From Heterodontus francisci (taxonomy: Eukaryota): a stretch of DNA of 64,000 nt. The translations under genes were made by a program, and so were the position numbers. Location of the stretch: positions 59,425,633 through 59,489,632 of the forward strand of contig NC_090400.1 of NCBI RefSeq assembly GCF_036365525.1, read 5' to 3'. Below the pieces are notes generated by a model. The model saw nothing but the letters and a program-made list of their open reading frames with translations. It was not told where the DNA came from and made no database searches. Shown piece after piece: positions 1-13,240 of this stretch (its first letter is position 1; every line of letters begins with the position of its first letter).

Positions 1-1085
1 CCCTTTTCTCCTTGTGTGGTACTCAATATGTTCCCGCACTTGAGTGCTGTGTGTTAAGTTGGCGATACTGACAGCCGGTTATGAACTGTGCCCACAGCAC
101 AAGTTGGCCTTTGGTGGGAAGGGGGTGATGGGGTAATAATTTGATTTGATTTTTTAAAACCCACACATAAGGAAAGCAATGGATCCTACATTGTAATCCT
201 TCAGTAATAAGCTGTTGGATGATCTGTACTCTGGTGTTAAATTCTTCTACATTGCTTTAAGAGACAGCTTGTTGGAGCAGTTACCGGGGATACTGAATCT
301 CTGCCAAGGTCTTGATGTTGAGTCATGCACAGAATCTGTGGTGTGAAACTCTTGACGTGTTCTGTCCACATTTTTCCTTTATTGGAAGCTAAATGATATT
401 AAATGTTTCTGATGTGACGGATGAAGTTCTGCTCGAGATGTCTGCTGCTACTATTGATTGCAGCCAGTACCTGATCATCAGATTATACTCCAAATAGCAT
501 TTCGAGCCTGACCCTAGTCCTGAAGCTCAGTTTGAAATGTGCAGCACCTCCCTGCAGCCTGAACTGTCCCCAGATCCAGACATCTGATCCACAACTCCTC
601 ACTGTTGGAGTTTAACCCCTGTTGTGCCTGTCTCTGCCATTTATGTTACTGCTTTTCTGATTCTATCCCCTCCTCAATTTAATTTTTTTTGTTTTCTCTG
701 CCCTGAAGCAAGGACAGTTCCACAGAAAAAGGACCTCTTCCTAGATTAACATTCTTGTGTGAGGGATTTAATTGGGTGGACGCAGAGAAGGTGAACAACA
801 AAGGGTCAGAGTCTTAAAATTCAAGCCAGGCCATTCAGGGTGATGTCAGGAAGCACTTCACACAAAGGGAGTGGAAATGTGGAACACACTCCTCCAGAAA
901 GCTGTTGATGTTCGGGGTCAATTAAAATGTTCAAGACTGAGATGGATCAGTTTTGTTGGATAAGGGTATTAAGGGAAATGGAACAATGGCGGGACAGGCT
1001 TGAGGGGCTTAATGGCCAACTCCTGTTTGTATTTAACCCTTGACTGTGAATGTCAGAATGCTATTGAACTGTGGAGTGCACCAAC

Positions 1086-2243
1086 ATAAGGTCCTGCATG
1101 GGAGCTTGGTTAAGAAGGTAAGAGCCCATGGGATCCAAGGCAATTTGGCAAATTGGATCCAAAATTGGCTGAGTGTCAGGAGGCAGAGGGTGATGGTCGA
1201 GGGTTGTTTTTGCGATTGGGAGCCTGTGACCAGTGGTGTACCACAGGGATCAGTGCTGGGACCTTTGCTGTTTGTAGTGTACCATAATGACTTAGACGTG
1301 AATACAGGAGGTATGATCAGTAAGTTCACAGATGACACGAAAATTGGTGGTGTTGTAAATAGTGAGGAGGAAAGCCGTAGATTACAGGACAATATAGATG
1401 GGCTGGTAAGATGGGCAGAGCAGTGGCAAATGGAATTTAATCCTGAGAAGTGTGAGGTGATGCATTTTTGGAGGACTAACAAGGCAAGGGAATATACAGT
1501 GGATGGTAGGACCCTAGGAAGTGCAAATGGTCAGAAGGACCTTGGTGTACTTGTCCATAGATCACTGAAGGCAGCAGCACAGGTAGAGAAGGTGGTTAGG
1601 AAGGCCAACGGGATACTTGCCTTTATTAGCCGAGGCATAGAATATAAGAGCAGGGAGGTTATGATGGAGCTGTATAAAATGCTAGTTAGGCCACCGCTGG
1701 AGTATTGTGTACAGTTCTGGTCACTACACTATAGGAAGGACGTGATTGCACTGGAGAGGGTGCAGAGGAGATTCCCTAGGATGTTGCCTGGGCTGGAGCA
1801 TTTCAGCTATGAAGAGAGATTGGATAGGCTAGAGTTGTTTTCCTTTGAGCAGAGAAGGCTGAGGGGGGACCTGATTGAGGTATACAAAATTATGAGGGGC
1901 ATTGATAGGTTAGATAGGAAGAAACTTTTTCCCTTAATGGAGATGTCAATAACCAGGGGTATAGATTTAAGGCAAGGGGCAGGAGGTTTAGAGGGAATTT
2001 GAGGAAAAAAATTTTCATCTGGAGGGTGGTTGGAATCTGGAAGACACTGCCTGAAGGGGTGGTAGAGACAAGAACCCTCACACCATTGAAGAAGTATTTA
2101 GATGAGCACTTGAAACGCCATAGCATACAAGGCTATGGGCCAAGTGCTGGAAACTGGGATTAGAATAGATAGGTGCTGTATGGCCGGCACAAACCTGATG
2201 GGCTGAAGGGCCTGTTTCTATGCTGTATAACTCTGACTCTATG
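1086..2243 (+). mobile_element. CR1 LINE 3' portion (RT C-terminal half + 3' UTR)
   Basis: GVPQGSVLGP, KFTDDTK, RRLRGDLIEVYKI; tail GGGCTGAAGGGCCTGTTTCTATGCTG. Confidence 0.93.
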
Positions 2244-2964
2244 AACCCCAAGATGTCCACGCAAACCTTAATAATCTTAACAGGGTCACTCTTTCCCCTG
2301 AGTGGAACCTCAGGACATCATTAAAGGAGCCAGGAAGTGAAATTTTGAAATGACCTTGTCGGAGATTTGCCAATGGCTGTGTTGTTTGTTGGAAAACTAA
2401 CAATCAGTTCTGCATTTTCTTTTTTTTAAAATCTTATCTGGCTGGAAAATGGGAAGGACAGTTTTCAGGACGAATACACTGTGTTCTGGGAGTAGCTCAT
2501 TATGGATGATTAATGACCAGATGTGGGTCGAACCAGCTTTCCGAGATCCTGACAGTTTCAATCTATCAAGCTTTAACAGCATTATTGTAAAATTCTTGCA
2601 CACAAATAGTGAATAATGACGTGATTGTTGCAAAGCGCCACTGTTAATGAGAGGAAGGAAAGCAAATGGATCTCGACTTAAAAAGGAGGAATTTGCAGGG
2701 CTATGGAGAACAGTGGAGCTAATTGGACAGCTCCTGTAGAGAGCTGGCACTGGCATGTTGGGCTGAATGGCCTCTACCTGTGTCATTCTGAGAGTCTTCT
2801 CATTAGCTCATAGTGCATTGTGTTGGGAACAGTTTTAATCCTGCTCAAGGTGTCTCAAGCTATGGCATTCTTATCGCAGTCTTTCAAATGTCTTTTGAAC
2901 AACTGGTGCTTGGAAATGTCATAAGTACAGCAGTACAGCTTTTCTCAGAATCAAAAGAGCTTTC

Positions 2965-4200
2965 ACCTGTGTCTTACCTGTCCTGGGAGTGTTTGATGGG
3001 GACAGTGTAGAGGGAGCTTTACTCTGTATCTAACCCCGTACTGTACCTGTCCTGGGAGTGTTTGATGGGGACAGTGTAGAGGGAGCTTTACTCTGTATCT
3101 AACCCGGTACTGTACCTGTCCTGGGAGTGTTTGATGGGGACAGTGTAGAGGGAGCTTTACTCTGTATCTAACCCCGTACTGTACCTGTCCTGGGAGTGTT
3201 TGATGGGGACAGTGTAGAGGGAGCTTTACTCTGTATCTAACCCGGTACTGTACCTGTCCTGGGAGTGTTTGATGGGGACAGTGTAGAGGGAGCTTTACTC
3301 TGTATCTAACCCCGTACTGTACCTGTCCTGGGAGTGTTTGATGGGGACAGTGTAGAGGGAGCTTTACTCTGTATCTAACCCCGTACTGTACCTGTCCTGG
3401 GAGTGTTTGATGGGGACAGTGTAGAGGGAGATTTACTCTGTATCTAACCCCATTTATTTTTCTTTTTTTATCACAATGTGTGAAATCAAACAACCCCATG
3501 TAAGGACAGCATAACCTATCTGATGAGAAAGCAATTGACTCTGCTCAGGAATTATGTTAGTCTCCCAGGAGCAGACCCTATCATCATATCATTACCCACG
3601 CCATTCTTGTTACCTCTCAAGCTGAAGCATTAAATTTGGTCTGACCAGGGAGTGCTGAATAGAGAACAGCAGAAAGAGCTTTACTCTGCAACAAATCTGT
3701 TTTTTTTTTAAATGTAGAAGGAGCTTTACTCTGTGCTGAGTAACCTTTTTTTTTCTTTCCAGGCTCCTTTTATATCTTTTATGTCGAGTGAGCCTTTATT
3801 CCTCAGGCCCCTGTTATATACGTATTTTTAAAATAACTTTATTAAAAACAGATAAATAAGCAAAAAAAATGCAACGAATCTGTGTTGTAACTGTTCTGGG
3901 AGTGTTAGGACAGTGTCGATGGAGCTTTACTCTGTATCTAAACCCGTTTTGTTTTGTCGACAGCTTTACTCTAACCCCTTTTTTTTTCTGTGTAATCTGA
4001 ATTTAGACAGTTTTACCCTGTATTTAACCCCGTGCTCTACCTGTCCTGGGAGTGTTTGATGGGGACAGTGTAAAGGGAGCTTTAAAATGAGAACAGAAAG
4101 TGCTGGAAATACTCAGCAGGTCTGGCCGCATCTGTGTAGAGAGGGATCTTTATCTAACCCTGTGCTCTACAAGCCCTGGAGTGTTTGATAGGACATTATA
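2965..4200 (-). repeat. 69-bp tandem repeat array: ~7 clean units to 3451, then degenerate units interrupted by A-tailed inserts
   Basis: Unit CTGTACCTGTCCTGGGAGTGTTTGATGGGGACAGTGTAGAGGGAGCTTTACTCTGTATCTAACCCCGTA. Confidence 0.95.
3775..3872 (-). mobile_element. 3'-UTR stub of the same Tx1 family
   Basis: Reverse complement matches 27450-27540 (TTATTTATCTG..GGGGCCTGAGGAATAAAGGC..TCGACATAA). Confidence 0.85.
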
Positions 4201-6721
4201 GAGTGATATAAAATTCTTAAGGGGCTTGCTCGGGTAGAGGCTGTTTTCCCTGACTGAAGAGTTTAGAACTAGGGGGTCTTAGTTTCTGGATAAGTGGTCG
4301 GCCATTTAGGTACGGAGAATGTCTTCACTGAGGGTTGTGGATCTTTGGAATTCTCTACCTCAGAGAGCTGTGGATGCTCAGTCATTGAATATATTCAAGA
4401 CAGGAATCGATAGATTTTTGGATTTAAGGAAATTAATGGATATGGTGAAAGTGGAGTTGTGGTAGAAGATCAGCTGTGACCCTATTGAATGATAGAACAG
4501 GCTTGAAGGGCCGAATGGGCTAATCCAGCTCCTATTTGTGATTGTGTAGTTGGCCTTCAGCCGAGTGTTAAACTTCACAGACTTGCTGAGGTCAACATTA
4601 CTGCAGGATCCTGTTTGTATTTTCTCGTAAATAAAAAAAGGTGGGTCTTCCAGCAGCTGAGAAACACTGTTTATGTATGAACAATGTGAATTCTTCTGTC
4701 AGAGTTTTACTTTCGGAGGGGCTGTTCCGCTTTTGGAGTTGGTGTGTCACGCTGTACTGTCCTCACAAAGCACCATTCTGTTTCAGGCAGTGGCCAGAGA
4801 TCGAAACAGCAGATCTGGCCTGCAGAGTATTGGCTGTCTGATTCTGCTGTTGATATATCTTGGGTGCAGGTGTAGCCCCTCAATCTTGAGATGACCTATC
4901 CTTCTATACACCGTGCAGACTGGCTGTGGGTCATCAGATTATAAGTTTGTTCCTTACTTTGTCAGGAGTAGTGAGGGGCATCTCCAGACTGGTACAAGGA
5001 CAAGGTCACCCAGTCCCATGGAAATACTGCACAATGCACTCTCTGTGGCATTGATAAAACAGTCTGAGGCTGCGGTTAGGGTTCGGGGTAGCAGACCTGA
5101 TCTTCAAACAGGAATGCACGTTTATATTTATCTATTATTTACATACACAATTGTGACTATTTTTGGAAGAATCTGCACTCTTCCGTCGTCTCTCCTTCCT
5201 GTTTCTTCTGTTATCAGAGTTGTCTGGTGCAATACCAGCTTCTGAGTAAAGCGCTAAGTTCCCTGAGTGAAGCTGCCACACAGCAGAGGTGACATTTACA
5301 CCCATGCTGCAGTGATATTAAATGTCACAGCCTAGTGTGGTCCAATAGAAATTGCTGGCGAGCTCCAGGTGAGGTGACGGCGACACTGTTTTAACCACAA
5401 GTATTAATTTTAGTAGAGAACGTCTGTGCTCTGGAGCTTAAATGTCCTTCATGTGTTTATTTACTTAACAAACATCTTTCACCATTCAGTAACCAAGGAA
5501 ATAAACCACACCCAACAAAGAAAGACTTGCATTTCTGTAGCACCTTTCACGGCCTCTGCATTTCAAAGAGTTTCAGTTAATGAAGCCTTTTTTTTTTGAA
5601 GTGTAGTCATTGTTGCAATGTAGGAAACACAGCAGCCAGTTTGCGCACAGCAAGCTCCCACAAACAGCAATGTGATAAATGACCAGATAATTTAGGTGTT
5701 AGTTGAAGAGTAAATCTTGGCCAGGACTCTGAGGAGCGCACCCCTGCACCTCTTTGGAAAATAGTGACCGTGGGATCGTGTTGGGCCGCCAGAGAGGCAG
5801 ACTAGTCTCAGTTTACCGTCTCATGAGAAAGACGGTACTTGTGACCGTGCAGCATTCCCTCAGTACTGGGACTGTCAGGCCCAGATTATGTGCTCAGGTC
5901 TCGAGTGAGGCTTGAACCCACGGCTTTGAGACTTGTGTGAGACTGCCACGCACTGAAACACAGCTGATGCCTAAGAAATCAGAGAAAAAAGCTCGGTCTA
6001 TTTTACGTTTACCAACAAACGTACGGCAAGGTTAAAGTTCGGATGCATACGCCGTGGGGATGAGTATATTATGCGTATAGGGATCACATGTCCCTATTGC
6101 CAGTGTTGTGTGTGAAGTGGGGTGATACCTGAGGGTACATCGACCTTGTTTTAGAGGGTGGGGTTCACCCAGAGACATCTCTGTTCCCTCTGCACTTGCT
6201 TTCCTGGAATACTTCCTGATACTAAAGAAATGATGCACAATGGTTTGACTAGCTAGGAGCAAGTTTATAAATTAGGAAGGCGGGAGCACAGTCAGGTGAA
6301 ACCATTCCTGCTAACTGGCAATCTTGTTGTGCCCTGCAACATCCCAGGTTTTTGAGTGTGTTATAGAGTGATTATAGACCAGGAGGTCCTCAGTGACTGT
6401 AGATTAGGGAGTGGAAAATTGACTGATTCCTGTTCCTGATTGCTATTGCATAATACTCTGCTGGCAAATTCTCAGACTGTATGGGCAGACTGGGTGAGAG
6501 CTAGATTGAACTTGGCATGTGATGCTTCCCACAGTCAAATAGCCTGCTTGACAGTTACTTTCCAGACACACTCATCAATAAGGCCATTTGAGCAACGTGC
6601 TGGAGGGCAGCTGCAGCCTGCAGAGACTGCACCCCCCAACACCGTCCTAGAGGATAGGTGACTGGAATGAGAGGGAGTTTACCTCACCTCTGCTGGGGCT
6701 CTTTATTCTAAAAAAGGGGAG

Positions 6722-7235
6722 ATGGAGGGGATGACCTGATAGAGGTCCTTTAAAATTATGAAGGGGTTTGATAGGCTAGATGTAGAGAAGATGTTCCCAC
6801 TTGTGGGGGAATCCAAAACTAGCGGTCATAAAAATAACACAAAAGCAAAGTACTGTAGATGCTGGAAATCTGAAATTAAAGTGCTGGAGACGCTGAGCAG
6901 GTCTGGCAGCATCTGTGGAGAGAGAAACAGTTAATATTTCAGGTCTGCGACCTTTCATCAGAACTGATGAATATAAGATAGTCACTAATAAATCCAGTGG
7001 GGAATTCAGGAGAAATTTCTTTCCCCAGAGAGTGGTGAGCATGTGGAACTCACTACCACAGGGAGTGGTTGAGGTGAATAGTATTGATCCATTTAAAGGG
7101 AAGCTGGATAAACACATGAGGGAGAAAGGAATAGAAGGGTATGCTGATAGGGTGAGATGAAGTAGGGTGGGAGGAGGCTCATGTAGAGCATAAACAGTAG
7201 CACGGAGGAGATGGGCCGAATGGCCTGATATAACA
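6722..7235 (+). mobile_element. CR1 3' fragment interrupted by a Penelope-like terminal piece (~6835-6968)
   Basis: GDDLIEV.. and RNFFPQRVV..WNSLP flank the insert. Confidence 0.82.
6928..6966 (-). ncRNA. Minimal type I hammerhead ribozyme motif of a Penelope-like element
   Basis: Minus strand CAGTT-CTGATGA-A-AGGTC gca GACCT-GAAA-TATT-AACTG: core boxes, stems I and II, palindromic minimal stem III. Confidence 0.7.
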
Positions 7236-7520
7236 CCTTGGTCGGCTGTACTGCCATGGAGCACTTTCCTCTCCTCCCCCCGGTTGCCAGGTGTGCTCCC
7301 TTAAGATGGGGTGGGAAGAAAAATACTTTAACTGGGTAAGCCATGGAAGTGGGTTCGAGAGGGAATTTGAGTTGTCAGAATGAAGGATATGGTGAGAGGG
7401 TGAGTATGTGGGTTAAAAAGGAATCTTGTTTGATCTAACAGCTTTTTCCTGCTCTTAAAAAAAAATCTGAGACTGAATAGTGAGGCGGGGGAGGGTGTGA
7501 AAATTTGCAAAGTGTTGTGA

Positions 7521-7523
<3 letters not shown>

Positions 7524-7558
<35 letters not shown>

Positions 7559-7561
7559 TGT
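7524..7561 (+). repeat. (TG)n microsatellite 50 nt upstream of exon 2
   Basis: Direct reading. Confidence 0.95.
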
Positions 7562-7610
7562 CTGTTGGAGCTCCAGATATTTATTTGTTTATTTATTCCT
7601 TCTCTTTCAG

Positions 7611-7641
7611 TCGGATACTCCTGCCAATCTCTGTGGAAGAG
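7611..7641 (+). CDS. PITPNA: Phosphatidylinositol transfer protein alpha, exon 2 (xRILLPISVEE)
   Basis: Pyrimidine tract + CAG acceptor, 31-nt exon, GTGAGT donor; matches PITP N-terminal YRVILPVSVDE; phase joins the 31418 exon. Confidence 0.85.
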
Positions 7642-10600
7642 GTGAGTGATCTCTTTCCCTGCAGGTTTGTTCTTTTTAAACTGGAGTTTGACTTCATTAA
7701 ATAGTAGTTATTGCCCAGGGTGGAGTTTCCTGTGTGTTATCCGCTGTGCAGCTAATTCACTCTCATTAGCTAATCACCTTCTGTGCTCACTGACCTACAT
7801 TGGCTTCCAGTTTGGTAGTGCCTCAATTTTGAAATTCTCATCATGTGTCATGACCTCGCCCCCTTCCTATCTCTAATTTCCTCAGCCCTACAACCCTCCC
7901 ATGATGTCTGTGCTCCTCCAATTCTGGCTCTTGAGCATTACCCCCCCCCCCCCCCCCCACTTCCTTTATCCCACCATTGGCAGCCATGCCTTTAGCCATC
8001 CAGGCCCCAAGCTCTGGAATTCCCTCCCTAAACTTCTTTCATTTAAGATGCTCCCTAAAACCTACCTCCTTAGCCAAGCCTATGGTCACCTTTTCCAGTG
8101 TCTCCTTGTGTTACTCAGTGTCATGCTTGGGATGTTTTACTGCATTAAAAGTGCTATATCAATGTAGGCTGCTATTGTCCTGATTTTGTTTGCATTGGGT
8201 GTCTTGCTCATACTGTTGGCTACCAAAATGTAGCTTCTGCACAATTGGTAGTGCGATCAAAGTCAAGTGTCAGTCAGTGAAAGTCTGGCATGCTTACATT
8301 TGGTGTTGCCACTGGCACTGACAGGGTACTTAGTCTGATAGAACAGCTTTAATATTGAAAAAGCAGTTTTAGTATATAGGGAAGTGCTTTTTCAGACTCC
8401 ATTTGGACTCTTAAACCAGAGAAACAGTGTTTCAGCAAGATATCTAATCTTATCCTTGTTTTATCTGCACTTAACAATGGGTCTATTGCCTCCCTTGTTT
8501 TCTGATTTCCTGATAGCTTGGGTGCAGTCATGCTGCATCCCTGTTGTGCTGACGAAACATTTAAAAAAACAATTAACCCTATATTACAACAGTGACTATA
8601 TTTCAAAAGTACTTCATTGGCTGTAAAACTCTTTGGGAAGTCCTGAGGTTGTGAAAGGCGCTATAGAAATGCAAGACATTGTTTTCTTCTTCTAAACCCA
8701 TCCTTTGAATTCTGATTCTCTTATTTGCACTGAATTATATTTTGTAAAGTCCAGTACCTTTGCATCTACCTATCCTGGGAGGTAGGTACTTGAAAAAAAT
8801 TGAGCAATGTTTAGAATATCATTTTGTTCCTGATATCTGTTCTAAGTTTACTTGTCACTAACTTCCATTTCTATCCTTTGCTTCTACGTTTGAAGTAATA
8901 TTCACAGTTTATCTTGTCGATAAAATTTTAATATCTCAATGAAGTGCTCCTAACCACCTTCTCTACCGATTCTAAACTTTCCTGATCTTTCTTCGTGGGT
9001 CATCCTTTTCACTTCACCCTCTTTGCTCATGTATTTTAATGCAGTGCTCTGGGATTCTACCTCCGTAATACAAGCAGAGGTGATTTGGACAGCATCTATG
9101 ACTAATGACACCCTGGTACAGTGTAAACATGGGCTTTAACTTGTTGCACACTTCCTGGAGGATGAGCAATAAGACATAACTCCCAGGCTTGTGCCATGAT
9201 AGTTGTGAAACTCTGCACCTATAATGATGGCAAGAGCACCCCCATCTGACCTCTAGTTACTACCCTAAAGTGAGGTATTACTAGCCTCTAGCTAGTGCAG
9301 TGCCATGGCATTCTAGCCGAACTCAGGAGCTCATGTTGATGACCTCTATTTTTAATGTATGAGTTTTTAAAATTTTTTAAAGAAATCCTGAAATAGCAAC
9401 CTGCAACTTTGATGGAAAGCAAAGGTAAAATAGCCAAAGAACCACTTCAACTGTGACTGCACATAACAGAACAGTGAGTGGAGCGTTACACAAACTAAAT
9501 ACCCAAAAGAATTAAAAGGCATAATCCGATCCTGAGTTTATCTGATTAGATTACTGCCTTCTAATACTTTCCCAGGGCCCCATCGTTCTATTCTCCGTGT
9601 ATTACAGTTTGTATCACCAACTTATTTTTGGTTGTTCAGCTGATTGCAGTGACCACCAGCACAAAGCTGGATTTGTTTGCTGTTTGCCTCGACCCTTTGT
9701 ATTATAATATGAAATTCCCACATGCTGTAATTGTGGGAGTTGCGTGGTGGTGGTGGTTTCGGTAATACAGATGTATGTTCTCTCATTCTCTTGCTCTCCT
9801 TTTCAGTCTTCCCTTCCCATTTTCAAACTGTGATTGGAGCTTAGATGGTGAAGGTTGACAAACTTTTCAGCTGTCGAGCACAGTCCTAATGTCCGCACAC
9901 TTGCACTTCCCTGCTAGGGGCAACGGGCAGTTAACACGAGAAGTTCAGCAAAATGACTCCTGACAACACAGCGCCTGCTGATATCATCGGAGCGCACATG
10001 CGCAGTGTACATCTGGCTAGGACTAAGTGGCGCATGTGCGGGATGATGTCATCGTGCAGCACTAATGTCATTGCATATCCGCACCTGGCCCATCTTCGCA
10101 CATGCACAATAAAGCATCATCAGGTAGCCAGCCCCCCACTTGGCTGGAGGGAGCAGCTGAATGGGAAACTTTCAGGCTGAAGCTCTCCCCCCTTCGGCAA
10201 CTTTCTCCAGGCCTTGATGCTTCCTTCCCTCAGCCGCTCACTCCAGACCTCGCTGCTCCACCCCCCCCACTCCCCTGCCAATTGTTCCTCGCTTCACGCC
10301 ACACTGCTCTCCGGCCACTCACTCCCGCTTCCCCACTCCCCTTACCACCCCGCTGTCCAGCCGCTCGCTCCCCGCTTCCCCACCCCTCCCTCCAGCCGCT
10401 AGTTCTGGGCTGCGCCACATCCCTCCTCTCAGCCACTCACTCCTACGTCGCCCCGTCACCCCTTGTGGCCCGCCTTCCATCTTCGGGTGGTGCGTGGAGA
10501 GGTGGCGCGGCCTATAACTTGGGGGGCGGGGGGGAGCGAGCGAGCGATTGGAGACGGAGTGACGCGAGTGAGGAACAATCGGCCAGGGAAGTGAGGAGGA

Positions 10601-12796
10601 GCAACGAGGTCTGGGGCGAGCGGCGGTGGGGGGGGCGGGAAAGCAGCAAGTGGGTAGGAGGGGGAGAAAGCGAGTTGCCAAGGGGGGAGAGCAGCCAGTG
10701 GGGTGGGAGCTAGTAGCTGCGTTTGGGTGAAATCGCAACGAATTGGTGGCACATTTTATACTCTGCCTGATTTTCTTTTCCATCGATCAGGGTGCCAATT
10801 TGCTATCACCAATGGGAATTCAATCATAAAATTCCTTTTGTATTTAATAGGATTACTGGAATATTAAATGGATCTGAGGATTACAGTTAGTATCCTCTAA
10901 CTACATAGCATGTTACTGGGCTTCCATCCAACTTAATGTAAGGTTAGTTTGCTGCATCGATCTAGCCATAAGCATTTCCTGTGATAAATTGAGCAGTGCC
11001 ATCTTTAATCCTAGCAGCTGTCTGAACGTCTCAGACACTGACATTCCAGTTGAAGAGGCTGCATTTGCACTTGTGCAAGTACTGTGCCACCTAGTGGTTG
11101 TGTGGTCAGCAAACTCAGCCTAAAATAAAAGGCTGGCAGGTGGCTATGATTAAGAACCCATCATACATCGTGCCTTATGTAAAAGATCCCACGGTCACTG
11201 TTTTGAAGAGAAGCAGGGGAATTCTTCCTGGTGTCCTGGGACAATATTCATCCCTCAATCAACATCACTAAAAGCAGATTATCTGGTCATTTATTAGATT
11301 TCTTTATGTGGGATCTTGCTGTGTGCAAATTGTCTGCTACATTTCCTACGTTACAACAGTGACAACACTTCAAAATACTTCATTGGTTGTGATGTATTTA
11401 GGGCATCCTGAGATTGTGAAAGGTGCTAAATAAATGTAAATCTTTTAAAAAAAAATAATGAATTAATTTGAATTGCAGTGACTTATTTAGATAACCTTCA
11501 ACTGCTGGTGCAGGGGTTGTGATACTGGGCTGGCAGTCCAGCGATTGTGGCTTCAAATCCCACTGTGCAATGTTGTGAAATTGAATTCAATAAATCAGTT
11601 ATTTTTGGGTATTAAGCGATATGGGGATAGTACAGAAAGGTGGAATTGAAGTAGATCAGATTATTGAATGACAAAGCAGGCTCAAAGGATCAAATGGCCT
11701 ACTCCAGCTCCTAGTTCTCTGTATGAGCGCAGCAAGATCCCATATAACTAATGTATCTACTTTTGATGATGAGTTGAGGAAGGAGTGTTAGTCAGGAAGG
11801 ACACCAGGAGACTGACCAGTTCCTCCTTTGAATCGTGGCAAGATCTCTAAAACATTGACCTGAACCCTTTCACCCAGAGTGTAATTGAGGGGTAGGAACT
11901 CACTGGCTGAAGAGGTGGTAGAGGCAGAAACCCTGATCACATTTTTTAAAAAAACTTATGAAGTGCCGTAACCTACAGGGCCATGGTCAGAGCTGGGAAG
12001 TGGGGTTAGGCTGGGTAGCTTTTCCTTGGCAGTCAAAGACATGATGGGCCGAATGGCCACCTTCTGTGGTATAAATATGTTTCAATGCCCCAGAACAGGC
12101 AGATACAGCCTGGATCAGCACTTTCAGGAGAGGAGGGCAGTGAGAACCTTCATGCAGGTTAATGTCTGACTGCAGATATATTCAATCACTTTGGTTGCTA
12201 AAGTGTTGGTGTGTTCTACCAAGTGTATTGGAGGACTACAGGGAGATGAGAGAGTGTTACCAGCACCTGCTGTATGCTGAGTACCTAGAAACCTAGAACA
12301 TAGTGGGATGGGAGACAGAGAGTCCAACATTAAGCAACAGAACCAGGAGGTCATTGAATGTTGTGCTAGAGTCTGGTCTGGGCTTCCCAACAATCTCCTT
12401 ATCTTGATGTGCACTGGTGGAATTCTTAACCAGCCTCAACTTAGACACAAGCATCTTGCAAAACCTCTCACCTTGTTTATAAATCAAGGAATTCAGGAGG
12501 TGCAAAGTGACTTTGTGTCATTGATTGTGTGTTTTTTTCCCATGACCTGATACCTCAGTGGCCAAAACTGAGGTCACTTAAACCGCTGCTGGTGCCTCCC
12601 CCTCAGTGAATGTCTGCTCGCAGCTGCCAGGAACATGGCTCTCTCTTCTAGCTTTCCCGCCGCCTTGGTGGGCTACACAGTCACTATTTTTCACACCTCA
12701 GATCAGGAACTAGTGGAACAGGATTTGAGGCTGAGTCTGTCCCCATTCTATTGCCCCAGCTATAATAAAAACAAAGTGCTGGAAATGCTCAGCAGG

Positions 12797-13240
12797 CGCT
12801 AGCTATGAAGAGAGGTTGAGCAGATTAGGATTATTTTCATTAGAAAGACGGAGGTTGAGGGGGGACCTGATTGAGGTGTACAAAATCATGAGAGGTATAG
12901 ACAGGGTGGATAGCAAGAGGCTTTTTCCCAGAGTGGGGGTTTCAATTACTAGAGGACACGAGTTCAAAGTGAAAGGGGAAAAGTTTAGGGGGGATATGCG
13001 TGGAAAGTTCTTTACGCAGAGGGTGGTGGGCACCTGGAACGCATTGCCAGCGGAGGTGGTAGATGCGGGCACGATGGATTCTTTTAAGATGTATCTAGAC
13101 AGATACATGAATGGGCAGGAAGAAAAGAGATACAGAACCTTAGAAAATAGGCGACATGTTTAGAGAGAGGATCTGGATCGGCGCAGGCTTGGAGGGCCGA
13201 AGGGCCTGTTCCTGTGCTGTAATTATCTTTGTTTATCTTT
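12797..13240 (+). mobile_element. CR1 3' fragment nested in a Penelope-like terminal sequence
   Basis: LERRRLRGDLIEVYKIM; host motif CTCAGCAGG|TCTGGCAGCATCTG is split around it. Confidence 0.88.

Noticed and set aside
1040-2002. 320-aa host gene
   Set aside because: 5'-truncated CR1 reverse transcriptase fragment.
2963-3499. 178-aa repetitive ORF ([13 protein letters not shown]..)
   Set aside because: Artefact of the 69-bp unit being a multiple of 3.
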